Origin: Octopus sinensis | Taxonomy: Eukaryota | NCBI RefSeq assembly: GCF_006345805.1 | Contig: NC_043018.1 | Coordinates: forward strand, 28,582,001-28,646,000 | Length of the DNA stretch: 64,000 bases | Direction of reading: 5' to 3' | Shown here: positions 43,006-56,373 of the stretch, piece by piece | Layout: every line of letters starts with the position of its first letter | How positions within the stretch are numbered: the stretch's first letter is position 1 | Position numbers and translations under genes: made by a program | The notes under the pieces: model-generated | What the model was told of the DNA's origin: nothing | Seen by the model: the letters and a program-made list of their open reading frames with translations, nothing else | The model's database searches: none

Positions 43006-43207
43006 ATTCATCGCAGCAAACACCGTCGGCAACACATCGTCCTTGTCCGTCAGTTCCACACGGCACCCCTTTCACAGAACATGCTGTCGTGCTCTCGTTT
43101 TCCTCATTGCATTCCTTTGCGAGTGTGCCTATGATGCAACCGTCTTTGTGGCAGCATATGTTGGATCCAACACACTGGCCTTCACCATTTGGTCCGCAAG
43201 ACATACA
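43006..43207 (-). CDS. CT/OP: Neurophysin core exon (exon 2) of the cephalotocin/octopressin (vasopressin/oxytocin-family) precursor
   Basis: Translates to CMSCGPNGEGQCVGSNICCHKDGCIIGTLAKECNEENESTTACSVKGVPCGTDGQGRCVADGVCCDE (67 codons + 1 nt, 12 Cys in neurophysin spacing). The acceptor is a pyrimidine tract ending TTACTAG|TGT (phase 0) and the donor is GAAT|GTAAGT (phase 1), the intron positions known from vertebrate OXT/AVP genes. Confidence 0.97.
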
Positions 43208-43463
43208 CTAGTAATTAAAAGAGAAAAAAAAACAGACATTTTTCATAAAAATATATACAGACTCTTTTATATTACACATTTATGTGTACACGTCCAATCA
43301 TAAATATGATCATGTTTGAGTTGCGTGTTCACTATAAACAAGTAGGAATAACAATTCAAAGGAAATAATCGTACTCATACAGAAGAGATCCACTGTTCCA
43401 CATTTACGTTTGTATGTCGTAAGCATGCACATACGCAAACACACACATATGCATATTTACAAG

Positions 43464-43538
<75 letters not shown>

Positions 43539-43574
43539 ATATATAATATATATATATATGTATATATATATATG

Positions 43575-43760
43575 TTGTTGGAATTCACAGAAAAACAAAA
43601 GACGAAGACAGATGTATAAAAACAAGAAGGTGTATTAGTTCGACACTCGGGAAAGTGAGAAAGTGTTTTACGTTTCGAGCCTACGCTCTTCAGCAGAAAG
43701 GAACAAGAGGAAATAAACGTAGAGGGAATTAGAAAAAACTTGCGGTCAATCATGGCGATA
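43575..43760 (-). mobile_element. Non-autonomous Penelope-derived repeat, family 2, with hammerhead-like motif at 43665-43700
   Basis: CUUU-CUGCUGA-A-GAGC-GUAG-GCUC-GAAACGUA|AAAC; homologous to copies at 44815-44990 and 48740-48815. Confidence 0.55.
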
Positions 43761-43763
43761 TGG

Positions 43764-43800
<37 letters not shown>

Positions 43801-43875
43801 GTGTGTGTGTGTGTATGTATGTATATATATATATATATATATAACATATATATATATGTATATACATATATATGC

Positions 43876-43971
<96 letters not shown>

Positions 43972-44437
43972 ATATATGCATACATATATACATACATACA
44001 TACAACTATAGATAGCTGGGGAGAAAAGGAGAAAGTGTTACAGTTAGGATTGTGTACGAGTGAATAAACAAGGAAAACATTTATTAACTCGAAGTCTTTT
44101 ATGTATTTTAATAACATTCGAAATAGCAGAATCTTTTTAATATATATGCAACTAAATCAGTCTCAATATTTAACTAACAGTACACACTACTAAGTACAAA
44201 GTTTGTGAGGTTATGTATTGTGTGGTGAGGTTATGTATTTCCTGCTGAAATAGAAGACGTATTTTCTAAATTAAAACTACTGTTCCGATTCCGTACCATT
44301 TGTGAGAATTCAACAATTTTTGGAAGGTTATATTTTGCTTTTCTCCTTTGGTTTTTTCCTCTATATTTTCGTTGTTATATTAAAGCGTACCAAAAATTGA
44401 ATTGATTTAGTTTTCTTGGTACTTGATATAATCTGCA

Positions 44438-44495
<58 letters not shown>

Positions 44496-44530
44496 GCTAC
44501 TACTACTACTACTACAAACTACTACTACTC
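44438..44530. repeat. (TAC)n array
   Basis: Directly visible. Confidence 0.95.
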
Positions 44531-44761
44531 TATAAGATTCCTTGATTGCCTCTAGTTGCAATTTCGTCTGTATCAGTGAGAATATATAAGCCATATATTC
44601 AAATACTTTGTATACAAATTGTATTAGAATCTGTCTATTTATCTTTCTATATCTGTTTCTTTGTTTCTAACTGTCTGTCTGTTTCTTTCTCTCTCGATCT
44701 CTCTCACCTTCTCTCTCGCTCTCTCACTCTGTAAATATATATATATATACATATATATATG

Positions 44762-44810
<49 letters not shown>

Positions 44811-44814
44811 GGGA

Positions 44815-44990
44815 GAGTTTAGGAAAAAACCCAAAGACGAAAACAGGTGGTGAACAAAATAAACAGATGTATTAGTATAACGCTCAGGAATAGAAAAAGT
44901 CTTTTACGTTTCGAGCCTACGCTCTTCTACAGAACGGGACACAGAAAACAAGGAGAAAAACAAGGAGAGAAAAAATGTGTGTAGTGCCTA
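44815..44990 (-). mobile_element. Penelope-derived repeat, family 2, hammerhead-like motif at 44901-44936
   Basis: CGUU-CUGUAGA-A-GAGC-GUAG-GCUC-GAAACGUA|AAAG; same family as 43575-43760. Confidence 0.55.
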
Positions 44991-45619
44991 ATATATATAT
45001 ATGTGTGTGTGTGTGTGTGAGTATATATATAGATATACGTGTGTTATTGTGAGGGCGAATGTGTATGTATAACAAAAGTAAGAAAGGGTGATAATCACAA
45101 GAATGGGCAATTGTCCAAAAGTGAGGATCCATTTAGGATACAACAGTCCCATTATACTCATCGTATGTTGATGTTTCCATCCCGATGGGTGTCATCAGTG
45201 TAGCATTTTATCCGACTTATCTTCAGCAGACTAGACCCTAATATATATATATATATATATACATCGATATATACAGACAGGAATACAGACAAGTACACAT
45301 GCACACACACACACACACAGACACACATACAAACACATACACAAGCACACACGTTTATACAAACTCATACAAACTACGCATACATGCACACACACATACA
45401 TGCCAAAACCCTTAAAGAAATTTAACACACGTTCTAGATAACTCAACATCACACCGATAGAATGGGAGGGAAGAAAATATAAAGGCAAATGTACTGAACA
45501 CCCCAACTACACGCCCATTTTCCTGACTAATCTAGTGTATATTCCTTTTTCTTTCTACTACCCAATATAATAAATATCACACCCACGAAAATATTTGAAT
45601 AGCTAAGAATATAATATAG

Positions 45620-45985
45620 AACTGAACCGCCCTAAAACAAAAGCACTCAGAGAGTGCAAACCTCCGTCAAGGTAACATTAACGTCTTCTCAATGATAAGC
45701 CGATAATTTTTTAAATAAGAATATCTGAAATAAACTCGACTGCTCTCACAAACGAGAATACTAAAACTGAACCCGAACGCTCTCAAAGATTAAGTAAAAC
45801 AAAAAAACAAGGAAAAGTAATCGAGAATGCTTGTCTGGTACCGGATCGATCTCAAAATCCAATCCGTTCGTGCCAGTCACGAAATCAAACATCCCTGAAA
45901 GTTTCATCCGCATCCATCAAGTGGTTCTTGAGATATCTTGTCCACGGATAAACAAACACGACTGGAAAACAATACCCCTGCCTTC
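45620..45985. mobile_element. HINE/MITE-like repeat
   Basis: AAGTTTCATCCGCATCCATCAAGTGGTTCTTGAGATATC core; related cores at about 58690-58750 and 59810-59860. Confidence 0.4.
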
Positions 45986-47004
45986 GTTAAGTAGGAGGTA
46001 ATAAAGCACGTTACAAGAGCTACACTTGAAAGTAAGCTTGTCAAGTATCCATCTTCTACGATACTCAAAGAAACCAGTCAAGATTGTAACATGAATTTCG
46101 ACCTATTTAGATAAAAATCCTGACATCGGCAAGCAACTGGTGTGAAGCCGATGTCAACTACATAAGTTTGCAAACAGATCAGATTTCAGATACAAAACAA
46201 CGTCTCCTCGCTTCTCCCAAAACCCTAACCAATAAACAACTGAATTCAGTTCACTTCGGGCCAAGCTGGTTGAAAGAACCTCTACGAAGCTGCACATAAA
46301 ATTATACCCGGTTCCATATACAACTACACATACTCTATGCAGTGGAAACACGTATGGGTCGTCGTTATGAATGTTGTGCTCACGACCTTATGATTGTGAG
46401 TTCGATTCCAGGAGGTACATTAAACACTTTTTTTAAAGTTTTTTTTTTTCTGAGAGCAAACAAACCATATGTTGAATGACGTTGTAAAATAAAAGGAAAT
46501 AAATTTTGAGGATGTTCTAGTCCATATTCTCTATCGTTATAATTATTGCTAATATACAATCCAAATGTTACCATCTAGTGAGGCGAACACGGAATTACGC
46601 ATCGGGGGAATTTACAGACGTTGAATATTAATCGTTGCGAATAACCGTCACCGGGAACTTAGCTAAGAGCTACCATGGTATCTGCCCGGATAATCCCCAT
46701 GACCGACCAGGCTAGCATATGTTGCTACACATCGCTGGTCACAATGCGCTTCGCATTGTTTTAACCTTCAAATGACGCCACTCCGCTGGCTAAGAGAGCA
46801 GGCCAACAGAAGAAAGTGTGAGAGAAAGTTTTGGCGAAAGTGTCCGGACCCTCGTGGAGCTTTTAGGTGTTTTCGCTCAATAAACAGTCACAACGACCGG
46901 TCTGGGAATCGAAGCCGCGATCCTACGACCGCGAGTCCGCTGTCTTAACCAATGGGCCATTGCATCTCTACGCCCGGATAATATATCCCTTTAAACACAC
47001 ACAC

Positions 47005-47124
<120 letters not shown>

Positions 47125-47790
47125 TATGTGTGCGTGTATTAAATAAATAGATATGTGATTGCGTTTCATTACATAGTAGAAAAATACACTCTGTATATTT
47201 GCTAAGCAAGTGAATAACAGTTTAAATCGTTCGGAGAAAAGGGAAGAATGAATTTTAGATTGAAGGAAATAATGACTTAAATGCAATTTCTTCAGTGGAA
47301 ATTTCCATTTATTCTTCGAGTTCATATACGACTTTCAAAGTATTGGATATTCTTGGCACTTTGTCGATTTGCATCAAGCGTGATTTCGTATTATCATGTA
47401 TTATCGTCTTCAATTCTTCATATCTAATGTTATCAAATGGAATGTAGTCAAATTGGATTTCTTCAACTCTAACAGTAATTTTGTCCTTGACTTCACACTT
47501 CCAAAATATTTTAATAATGAAAGATTTTGAATGTAAGAGACTAAAATTCAATCCAGAAAAACAGAACACCAAATAACTTCGTCTTTATTTACTTTCGCTA
47601 TCGCTTTATTAATTTTCCAAGAAATCTATCCAAGAATATGTAGAGTCAATAGGGCATGACATTATTTCCTGAAGTGTTCTCGGACTTCCCATTATATTAT
47701 ATACTATCTATTGATCCACTGCGATCATGGCCAAACACCTCACTCTTCAATAGACTTGATCATCGAAATTATAGTTACATATAATTTTAC

Positions 47791-47820
<30 letters not shown>

Positions 47821-47821
<1 letters not shown>

Positions 47822-48210
47822 GGCGCAGGAGTGACTGTGTGGTAAGTAGCTTGCTAACCAACCACATGGTTCCGGGTTCATTCCCACTGCGTGGCACCTT
47901 GGGCAAGTGTCTTCTACTATAGCCTCGGGTCGACCAAAGCCTTGTGAGTGGATTTGGTAGACGGAAACTGGAAGAAGCCCGTCGTATATATGTATATGTT
48001 TGTGTGTCTGTGTTTGTCCCCCCACCATTGCTTGACAACCGAAGGTAGTGTGTTTACGTCCCATAACTTAGCGATTCAGCAAAAGAGACTGGTAGAATAA
48101 ATACTAGGCTTACAAAGAATAAGTCCTGGGGTCGATTTACTCAACTAGAAGGCGGTGCTCCAGTATGGCCGCAGTCAAATGGCTGAAACAAGTAAAAGAG
48201 TAAAAGAGTA
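47821..48210 (+). mobile_element. SINE family A
   Basis: Full head-to-tail homology. Confidence 0.9.
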
Positions 48211-48615
48211 TATATATATATACAAAAATGCATGCATACATACATGCATAAAGGTAATACCTTTATAGTATGCATTCTAAAGCTCCTCTCCCCGTATCGG
48301 CTACCAAATGTTATCATACAATAGAACTTATCCTGATACTGGATAGACTTGTGGAAATCCGCGAATATCCACAGAGTATAAATAAGCAAGTTTTAAGAGA
48401 AGGTAGCTTAAACAGGCTTCATTAGAAATCACTATAATTGTTTCAGTGCATCATACTCAGCTGTTAATTACGGAATGTAATTAATAGCTGATAATGAGGT
48501 AGTGGTACAATTGTAGTGGCTTGCAATAAGTCCCGTTCAAAAGATTTTCTGGCATTAACATTTATAGATACACACACACATACATACATATGTGTATATA
48601 TATTTATATATGCAT

Positions 48616-48652
<37 letters not shown>

Positions 48653-48701
48653 GATACAGATTTATATATTGCATATGTCTATATATACATACATACATAC
48701 A

Positions 48702-48737
<36 letters not shown>

Positions 48738-48739
48738 TA

Positions 48740-48815
48740 AAGGGAAAATAAACAAAAAGACGAAGACAGTTGGTGTACAAAACAAACAGATGTATTAGTT
48801 TAGCGCTCAGGAATA
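48740..48815 (-). mobile_element. Truncated family-2 Penelope-derived repeat without the ribozyme part
   Basis: AAAAGACGAAGACAG...CAGATGTATTAGT...CGCTCAGGAA shared with the copy at 44830-44890. Confidence 0.5.
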
Positions 48816-48846
<31 letters not shown>

Positions 48847-49907
48847 TGTATGTGTGTGTGTATGTGTGTGTACGTGTGTGTGTATTGTATATAGCTAATG
48901 AGGACTAATCAAATTTACAATAACATCTGTATTTTTGAAAGTCCTAGACTCGGATCCTAGCTTATCAATTCTGAGTCGTCTATTTTTACGATGTTCTGCT
49001 AAGATGTAAGACGAAATTCTTTTTTTATGTTCGCTGCCCACATACATCTTAGCAAGTATATATTTCAGTAAAGCTTTACATAGCGTCGTGTCGTTATCGG
49101 CTGCTATTTCCAACTGCATATATGAATGTATATCTACATAGATACATATATACTCACACTTGTGTGTGCGCGAAAAAATGTAAATATATCACGAGAGTAA
49201 AAAAAAAAACTGCATACGCAGAAGCACAAAGAATAAAATGGATGGACAATATGCTGGGAAATAATCTCATGATGGCCGTTCAAAACTTGTAACAAGCTTG
49301 AATGGCCGACAGGAAGTTGTGAAACGAATAAAAAAATTTTTTTTCAACGGAAAGTAAACAGTGATAAAGGGAATAAGCGTGACCATTGTTGCAGGAAAAT
49401 AATGAAGTAATTCGTAGAATCAAGCGTTTGTTAGCTTTAAGTATATTTGTCCTTGCGGCTTTGTGTGTTTCTGGAAGTAGAAGGATTATGTAGAAGTGAC
49501 AAGAAGGGAATGAAATGAAATGGTATTGCCATGTTATGCAGAGGCGTTCGTTGGCTTTGTGATTGGGAAGCTCAGTTCGTAAGCACGCCAATGTCATTTT
49601 CAATGGTTCGGTGCCAATGTGTGGCACCGTGCACAAGAGTCTCCTACTTGAGCCCCTGAACGATTGCTGACTTATGAGAAAATTTGGTAAAAGCAGGCTG
49701 GAAATCTGTTCTGTACACAGACACACACACATATACATTTACCCACATACTTATTTGCGAGTGCACACACACACAACACCTATATATATATATATAATAT
49801 CATTTACACAGAATTTCACTTTGAACTTTCTCTGATAGTGCAATAGTCGAATGTTTATATAGACTGAACCTTCATGAAGTCTTTCAGACTTCACTCATAC
49901 ACACATA

Positions 49908-50458
49908 TTAGGTCATCCCATAAATAATGATTTATTTTCGATTCCATGGGAGAAAAGTCGAAAAACGATGGGATAAACTATCTGCATCAACTTTCTATTT
50001 TACCTTGATTCTAATCTTAGTACGGGTTTTGAAGTTTGCAGTTTGATTTCCATAGTTTTTGTTTCTTTCAAAGCTATAATGGAAGTGAGAAAGGAGTATA
50101 TTGGGCATATTTTGCTTTATGAGTTCAATAAATGCAACAATGCAACGGAAAGTGCGAGGGACATTAATGCTGTATATGGGAACTGGACAATAAGCGTAAG
50201 CCAGTGTCAGTGTTGGTTCCAGAAATTCCGAGTCGAAAGCTACAGCCTAGAAAACGAGCCTCGAGCTGGAAGACCTGTAGAGCTCGACGGAGACATCCTG
50301 CAAACACCGGTTGAATAAAATCCCATCGTAAGTTATGAGGAACTAACAGAGAAGCTTGGATTTGGTTATTTAACCATTTATCGACACCTGAGTGCCATCG
50401 GAAAAATCAGCAAAGTGGGTCAATGATTTCCTCACAAACTTTCCGATACTAATCGCGC

Positions 50459-50521
<63 letters not shown>

Positions 50522-51164
50522 TATGTACTCTTCTTTCCTGCTACGTCTCACGAATGAACCTTTTTGGGGACCGAATAGTGACTGGTGACGAGAAATTGGT
50601 TCTTTATAAAATTGTCAAGGGCCGGAGATAGTATATAGGAAAAGAAGAAACATCGACAACCAGGTTAAAGAAGGTTTTCACCCACATAAGGTTGTGTTAT
50701 CTGTCTTGTGGAATATGAAAGTTTTAGTCCACTTTCAACTTTTAAACCCAAACTAAACGATATCAATGGATATCTACTGCAAGCAGCTTGAACGGCTTAA
50801 GTCGGCTCTAGAAGAAAAACGACCATCTTTGGTTTGAAGAGGAAGGGTGTTCCTCCTCAGGAACAGCGAAGATGACATTCCAAAGGCTGGATCAGTTTGA
50901 ATGGGAAACGATGCCTCCCCCACCACATTCGCCTGACATTGCCCCATCAGACTATCATTTATTGTGCAGTCTTCAATATCATTTCAATATGAATTCTGTA
51001 GATTAAATAAGAACAGTACTGGGGGAATATTTTTCTTCGGGACAATTGGATTTTGGAAGAAGGGCCTTGCAGGTCTACCAGATAGGTGGAAGAGCATTGT
51101 TTTTTTTTCTCAATTGTGAAAGATGAAAATGTAAAACAACCACATTATTTATGGGATGACCCAA
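49908..51164 (+). mobile_element. Full-length but inactivated mariner transposon (1257 bp)
   Basis: 22-bp TIRs TTAGGTCATCCCATAAATAATG and CATTATTTATGGGATGACCCAA (1 mismatch), TA at both flanks. Broken transposase with HTH (MEVRKEYIGHILLYEF..WFQKFR), VTGDEK and HSPDIAPSDYHL motifs; (AG)n expansion at about 50460-50517. Confidence 0.92.
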
Positions 51165-51711
51165 TATATACATACAATATATACATACATAAAAACGTAC
51201 GTACATACATATTACATTCATACATATCAATATGTATGTATATATATATACATGTATATATATATATATTATGTATATATATATGTGTATATATATATAT
51301 ATATATACGTGTGTGCCATTGTGTTTCTGTGTATGCGTACTTGTATGTATGTTACATAGACATACACTTTCCGCTTAAGAACCGCATAGCTCACTTCTCA
51401 ATTTTCAAAACAAATCACTCACGTAATATCGATTTTTTTATGGTAGATATTTTCAACTACATTTTACGTGCGACTATTTTAAAGTCTCCGTCAATTCGAC
51501 ATAATATCTAATGTCATAGACGATAGTGGTAATAATAACGGTAGTGGGGGAGGAGCAAGGCAATCGTGCCAGCGGCGGTGGCGGCGGCAGCTGCGGCTGG
51601 TGGTGGTGGTGGTAACAACTTCTCAATTCACGTTGGTAATTATTATCATACATACATACATATATGTCTGTGTGTGTTTATGTATTATATGTATATGCAG
51701 GGACTTATATG

Positions 51712-51926
51712 TACGGTGGGATACTGAAAAGTTACTGACTACAAGAGGATAGCGAAAGGCCTGGTTAGAGGCCCAATATTCCGAGATCTTTTACAGGACT
51801 TAGAAGAACTAAAGGACCTCTGCAATAAGTATGTGAGTCGGAGAAGGGAATATGTTGAATAAAATCATAATTAACTGATTCTCCTGTATTTACTTTTACC
51901 CAAAAACCTTTCATTACCGTGTCGTA
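51712..51926 (+). mobile_element. Internally deleted mariner derivative of a second family
   Basis: Imperfect TIRs TACGGTGGGATACTGAAAAGTT and AACCTTTCATTACCGTGTCGTA; the interior encodes a transposase-like C-terminus GLRRTKG/CNKYVSRRREYVE*. Confidence 0.5.
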
Positions 51927-52759
51927 TATATATATATATATATATAAGATATATATATATCTAGGTACATAGGGGGTGGGCTCGGAAAGGGGTGTCAGGG
52001 AGTTGCGTCCCTGCCTTCCTGAGCTAGTTCCCACCATATTTTTTTAAATCGTGGTAGAGGCCTTGTCTCGAGACAACTCATATTTAGAAACTGTGTAAGC
52101 AAGGGCATGATCCCTGTAGAAACTCCAGCTCCCAAAAATCCGCATGATTGCAAAGGGGAATGGGAACCAGCCAGCCAGTCGAAAGATTGGGGTGGGCTGC
52201 ACCTGTCTACTGCGGTTACTATGGCATTGAGCTAGATCCGGTGGCAAAAATGAATTCAAAGGGCCAGCCTTGTCGCGTTATGTCACGCTTAATGTCACTA
52301 AGAACTACGTCAAAGGCACGCGTGTCCTTGGAGTGCTCAGCCATTTGCACGTAAATTTCACAAGCAGGTTGTTCTGTTGATCGGATCAACTGGAACCCTC
52401 GTCGTTGTAATCGACGGAGTGCCTGTCGAGTTAGGCGGAAAGGATAATATCCAACGAACTTTAGAGGATCTTGGAGACTCTCGACAGGGACCCTTCTTTG
52501 AAACAAATGCTTGCAGCAGACTGGGCTCCCTTAAAGCCGCCCAAGGATCACATGGTAGTTTTAAACTGAATGACGGTTTACGTCATTCAAATTAATACCC
52601 AAAAGACGGGATTTTAATTCTAAATGCAAATGGCTGAAATGGACTCTAAGTGTCTTGAACTTCATCCAAATTTCTTCAAGTTTTCCTGGTAAATTGTTCA
52701 AGACAATAGGCTTTCTCGTCTGTTTGTCATGCTTGTGAAGTTTCTAGGAAAGGTGACGT

Positions 52760-53460
52760 TGGCAACAGTGGTAGTGGTGGGGATGCTGGGGATGGTAGTA
52801 GTGGTGGTACTGGTGGTGGTGGTGGTCGTGCTGGTGGTGCTGGTGATGATGTTAGTAGTAGTAGTAGTAATGGTGGTGGTGGTGGCGTTGGCAGCGGCAA
52901 CATTTATGTCGTGATGACGGTATTAAGAATGACAAGAGTATCATTCCAAGTAATTGAGGAAAGCACTACATTTGATTACAACGACAGTGGCGTAGTAGTG
53001 GTGGCAGTAGTGGTGGGGTTGTTGTTGATGGTGGTGGTGGTGCTGGGGCTGGTGATGATTTTGAACGTGTTGGTGATAATAGAGGAAGTAGTGGACGTGT
53101 GAGGGAAGGTGGTGGTGATGGTGGTGGTGTTGGTGGTGGTATGGTGGTGGTGGTGGTGGTGGTGGCGGTGCTGCTGGTGCTGCTGGTGCAAGTGGTGCTA
53201 GTTTTGAACGTATTGGTGATGATAGTGGAAGTAGTGGAGGTGTGAGGGAAGGTAGTGGTGATGGTATTGATGGTGGTGATAGTGGTGGTGGTAGTGGTGG
53301 CATCGGCGGCGGCAACAGTGTGTCGTGTTTGGGGGATTAAGAATGGTGTCAGTCATGAAGGTAGCCATAGTGGAACTGGCGGTAATAGTGATTGGATGTC
53401 GTGAGTGGTATCGATGGTGCTAATGCTAATAATGGTTATGGAAGAAGCCGTGCAAGATAT
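52760..53460. repeat. Degenerate (GGT/GAT/AGT)n trinucleotide block
   Basis: Directly visible; source of the poly-V, poly-H and poly-P ORFs. Confidence 0.9.
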
Positions 53461-53596
53461 GAAGATATACTTATGGTTATTTACTGTATTGTAAGGTAAA
53501 GGTTAGTGTAAGGCAGCTAGTTACACTAATGGTGTACCGTGATATATTGAATGTTTTGCTTGGCGTTGTTACCGTGACTGACCTCAGGCATAATGG

Positions 53597-53648
<52 letters not shown>

Positions 53649-55185
53649 AACAATATAAACACCAAAAAAAGCACAAAAAAACAACGCGAGGACGTGGACA
53701 AATATTATATTGGATGCTCAGGAAAGAAGGAAAGAAGGAGGGTTTAACGTTTCGGTATGTATGTATGTATGTATGTATGTATGTATGTATACATATGCAT
53801 ATGTGTGTGTGTGTGTGTTGTGTGTGTATGTATAAAGTTAAATACACAACCGAAAGAGCAACTAATAGTGTCATGCTATTGCAACACTTGAACTGATTAT
53901 ATTTATGAATTACGCCATATATATACATATGTGTGTTCTCTATCTCTCTGTATGTCTGTCTGATTGTCTATCTATCTATATATACATACATACGTATATA
54001 TATATATATATATTATATATATATATATAGATATATATATATATAATATATATGTATATATATATATAGATATATATATATATATTATTATATATATATA
54101 TATATATACACATATATTTATACATATACATGTATGTATATATATATGCGTGTAGTGTGTGTGTGCGCACATGTATGTGCGTATTATTTATGTATGTATG
54201 TATGTATGTATGTATGTATGTATTACCTATATGTAGGTGTTTGAATATGCATTTTATGAATCTGTGTGTATGAAGGTGTATGAATTTAAAGATATACATA
54301 CTGAAGTGAAAGACACCGAGAGAAAAATTCTATGACAAGATGAAAGATAGACAGAAAGAGAGAGAGGGGGGAGGTGGTTAGCTTGAGATGGTAAAGAAAG
54401 CTTGGTAAAATTCGAACGACCTCCCTAATAAATGGAATTTTCATGTCTCTTGTGGCTTACATTAAGGTACATATAGGTGTGCGTGTAGTTATGCATGTGT
54501 GTGAATATGTGTGTTTGCGTGTCTGTATGTGTTTGTTTGTCTGTGTAGGGAGGGAAAAAGTTGGGGAAAGGAATGAATGAAAGAAAGAGAGGGAGATGCG
54601 GAGGAAGAGTTAGAGACGCGTAAAATGATGATTTTTTTGTTTTTGTTTTTTTATATCTGAAGAGAGTAAAATGAGGAAAGGATAACTTTAATGATGAAGA
54701 TTGCGATGAAGTTGAGAATGAGGTGTTGAGAAGTTGAGAAGAGAGACAGAGAGAGGGGGGATGGAGAAAGTGAGAGAGTAAGAATGTGTGTAAAGACAAA
54801 AGAGGGAAGGAGAGAGGCAGTGCGATGGAGACAGGAGTGATATGGAGGAGGGTAAAGTGATGGAGATGGAGAAACGGCGAGGGAGAGAGAGCGCGGGAAA
54901 ATCCGACTTACGTACAGATTGGCATACACCGAGATACATACAATGGAAGAAATACGCAAATACACACATACTCACTAACACATACACACACGCACAAACG
55001 TGCATACGCTCCCTCCATCTTATCTCATTCTCTCTCACAATACACTCTCTCTTTCTCACACATGCACACACAAATACGTGCACACACATACACACACATG
55101 GCCTATCGCACACGCAGACACACAGTTTCTCTCACACGCGCCCACACATACAGGTGCGCACACATGCATACGCACTCCCACACCT

Positions 55186-55216
<31 letters not shown>

Positions 55217-55359
55217 TACATGTTTACATACGCGTGCACACACATATAACCTCTCTCTCTTTCCCTCCACCCCTCACTCCCACACGTACACATGGTTAGA
55301 GTGAGATGACACTGAAGCTTTAAAAAATGCATTTCATTGTTTTTCCATTTCATTTCACT

Positions 55360-55399
55360 ATTATTATTGCTGTTGCTATTATTATTATTATTATTATTA

Positions 55400-55434
<35 letters not shown>

Positions 55435-55490
55435 TTATATCACATCATTATTATTATTATATTACTATATTATTATTATTATTATTATTA

Positions 55491-55527
<37 letters not shown>

Positions 55528-55545
55528 ATTATATTATTATTATTA

Positions 55546-55588
<43 letters not shown>

Positions 55589-55596
55589 CATCATCG

Positions 55597-55628
<32 letters not shown>

Positions 55629-55650
55629 GTCATCATCATCATCATCGTTA
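55360..55650. repeat. (TAT)n-(CAT)n trinucleotide array
   Basis: Directly visible. Confidence 0.95.
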
Positions 55651-56249
55651 TTTGAAGACACCCACTACATTATTGTACAAGAATCAGCAACACGCTCGTT
55701 GATTATGGAACAAAGAAAAAAAGATAGCTAAGATTTAACCATGCAAGAATGAATAAATAAATAAATAAATATATAAATATATAAATAAATAAATAAGTTG
55801 GTGGAACCTGATTCCAATCCATCAGGAACCTGGTTGTAGAGTTCACATAATTTTTAGGATAATCGATTTAAATTTGATACCTAACTAAATGGGAGCTTCG
55901 TTGTCCTTTGCTAAAGATTTCGTTATTGCGGTGAAGAATTCTGCAAGTGAATTCTATAACGAAAGATTTTTTCCTTTTTTCTTTTTTAGTGTTTTTTCTT
56001 TTTCTGTTTCTCATATACACATACATATATGTACATATATACATAAATACATATATAGATGCATATACATTCGCATGTGCAATTGTGTGTATATGTGTGT
56101 GCGTTTGAGTGTGTGTGTGTAGTATCTGTGAATATGTGCGCATACATGCTTGTACATACATATACATATAGGAAACAAACGAATGTATATAGATATATAT
56201 ACATGCACATATACATTTATATACACATATATATTTACACACACACACA

Positions 56250-56290
<41 letters not shown>

Positions 56291-56340
56291 GTATGAATAT
56301 GTATACATGCACATGCATGCAAGTATGAATATGTATGTGC

Positions 56341-56373
<33 letters not shown>

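Noticed and set aside
42990-43303. Plus-strand ORFs overlapping exon 2
   Set aside because: Antisense shadows of the GC-richer neurophysin exon.
45095-45125. Minus-strand TTTTGGACAATTGCCCATT resembling octopressin codons (FWT..CP)
   Set aside because: Needs a frameshift, and has no leading Cys, no GGKR, no signal peptide and no donor; chance match.
47641-47665. Minus-strand SCPI tetrapeptide
   Set aside because: Context is EIMSCPIDS, not a nonapeptide with GKR.
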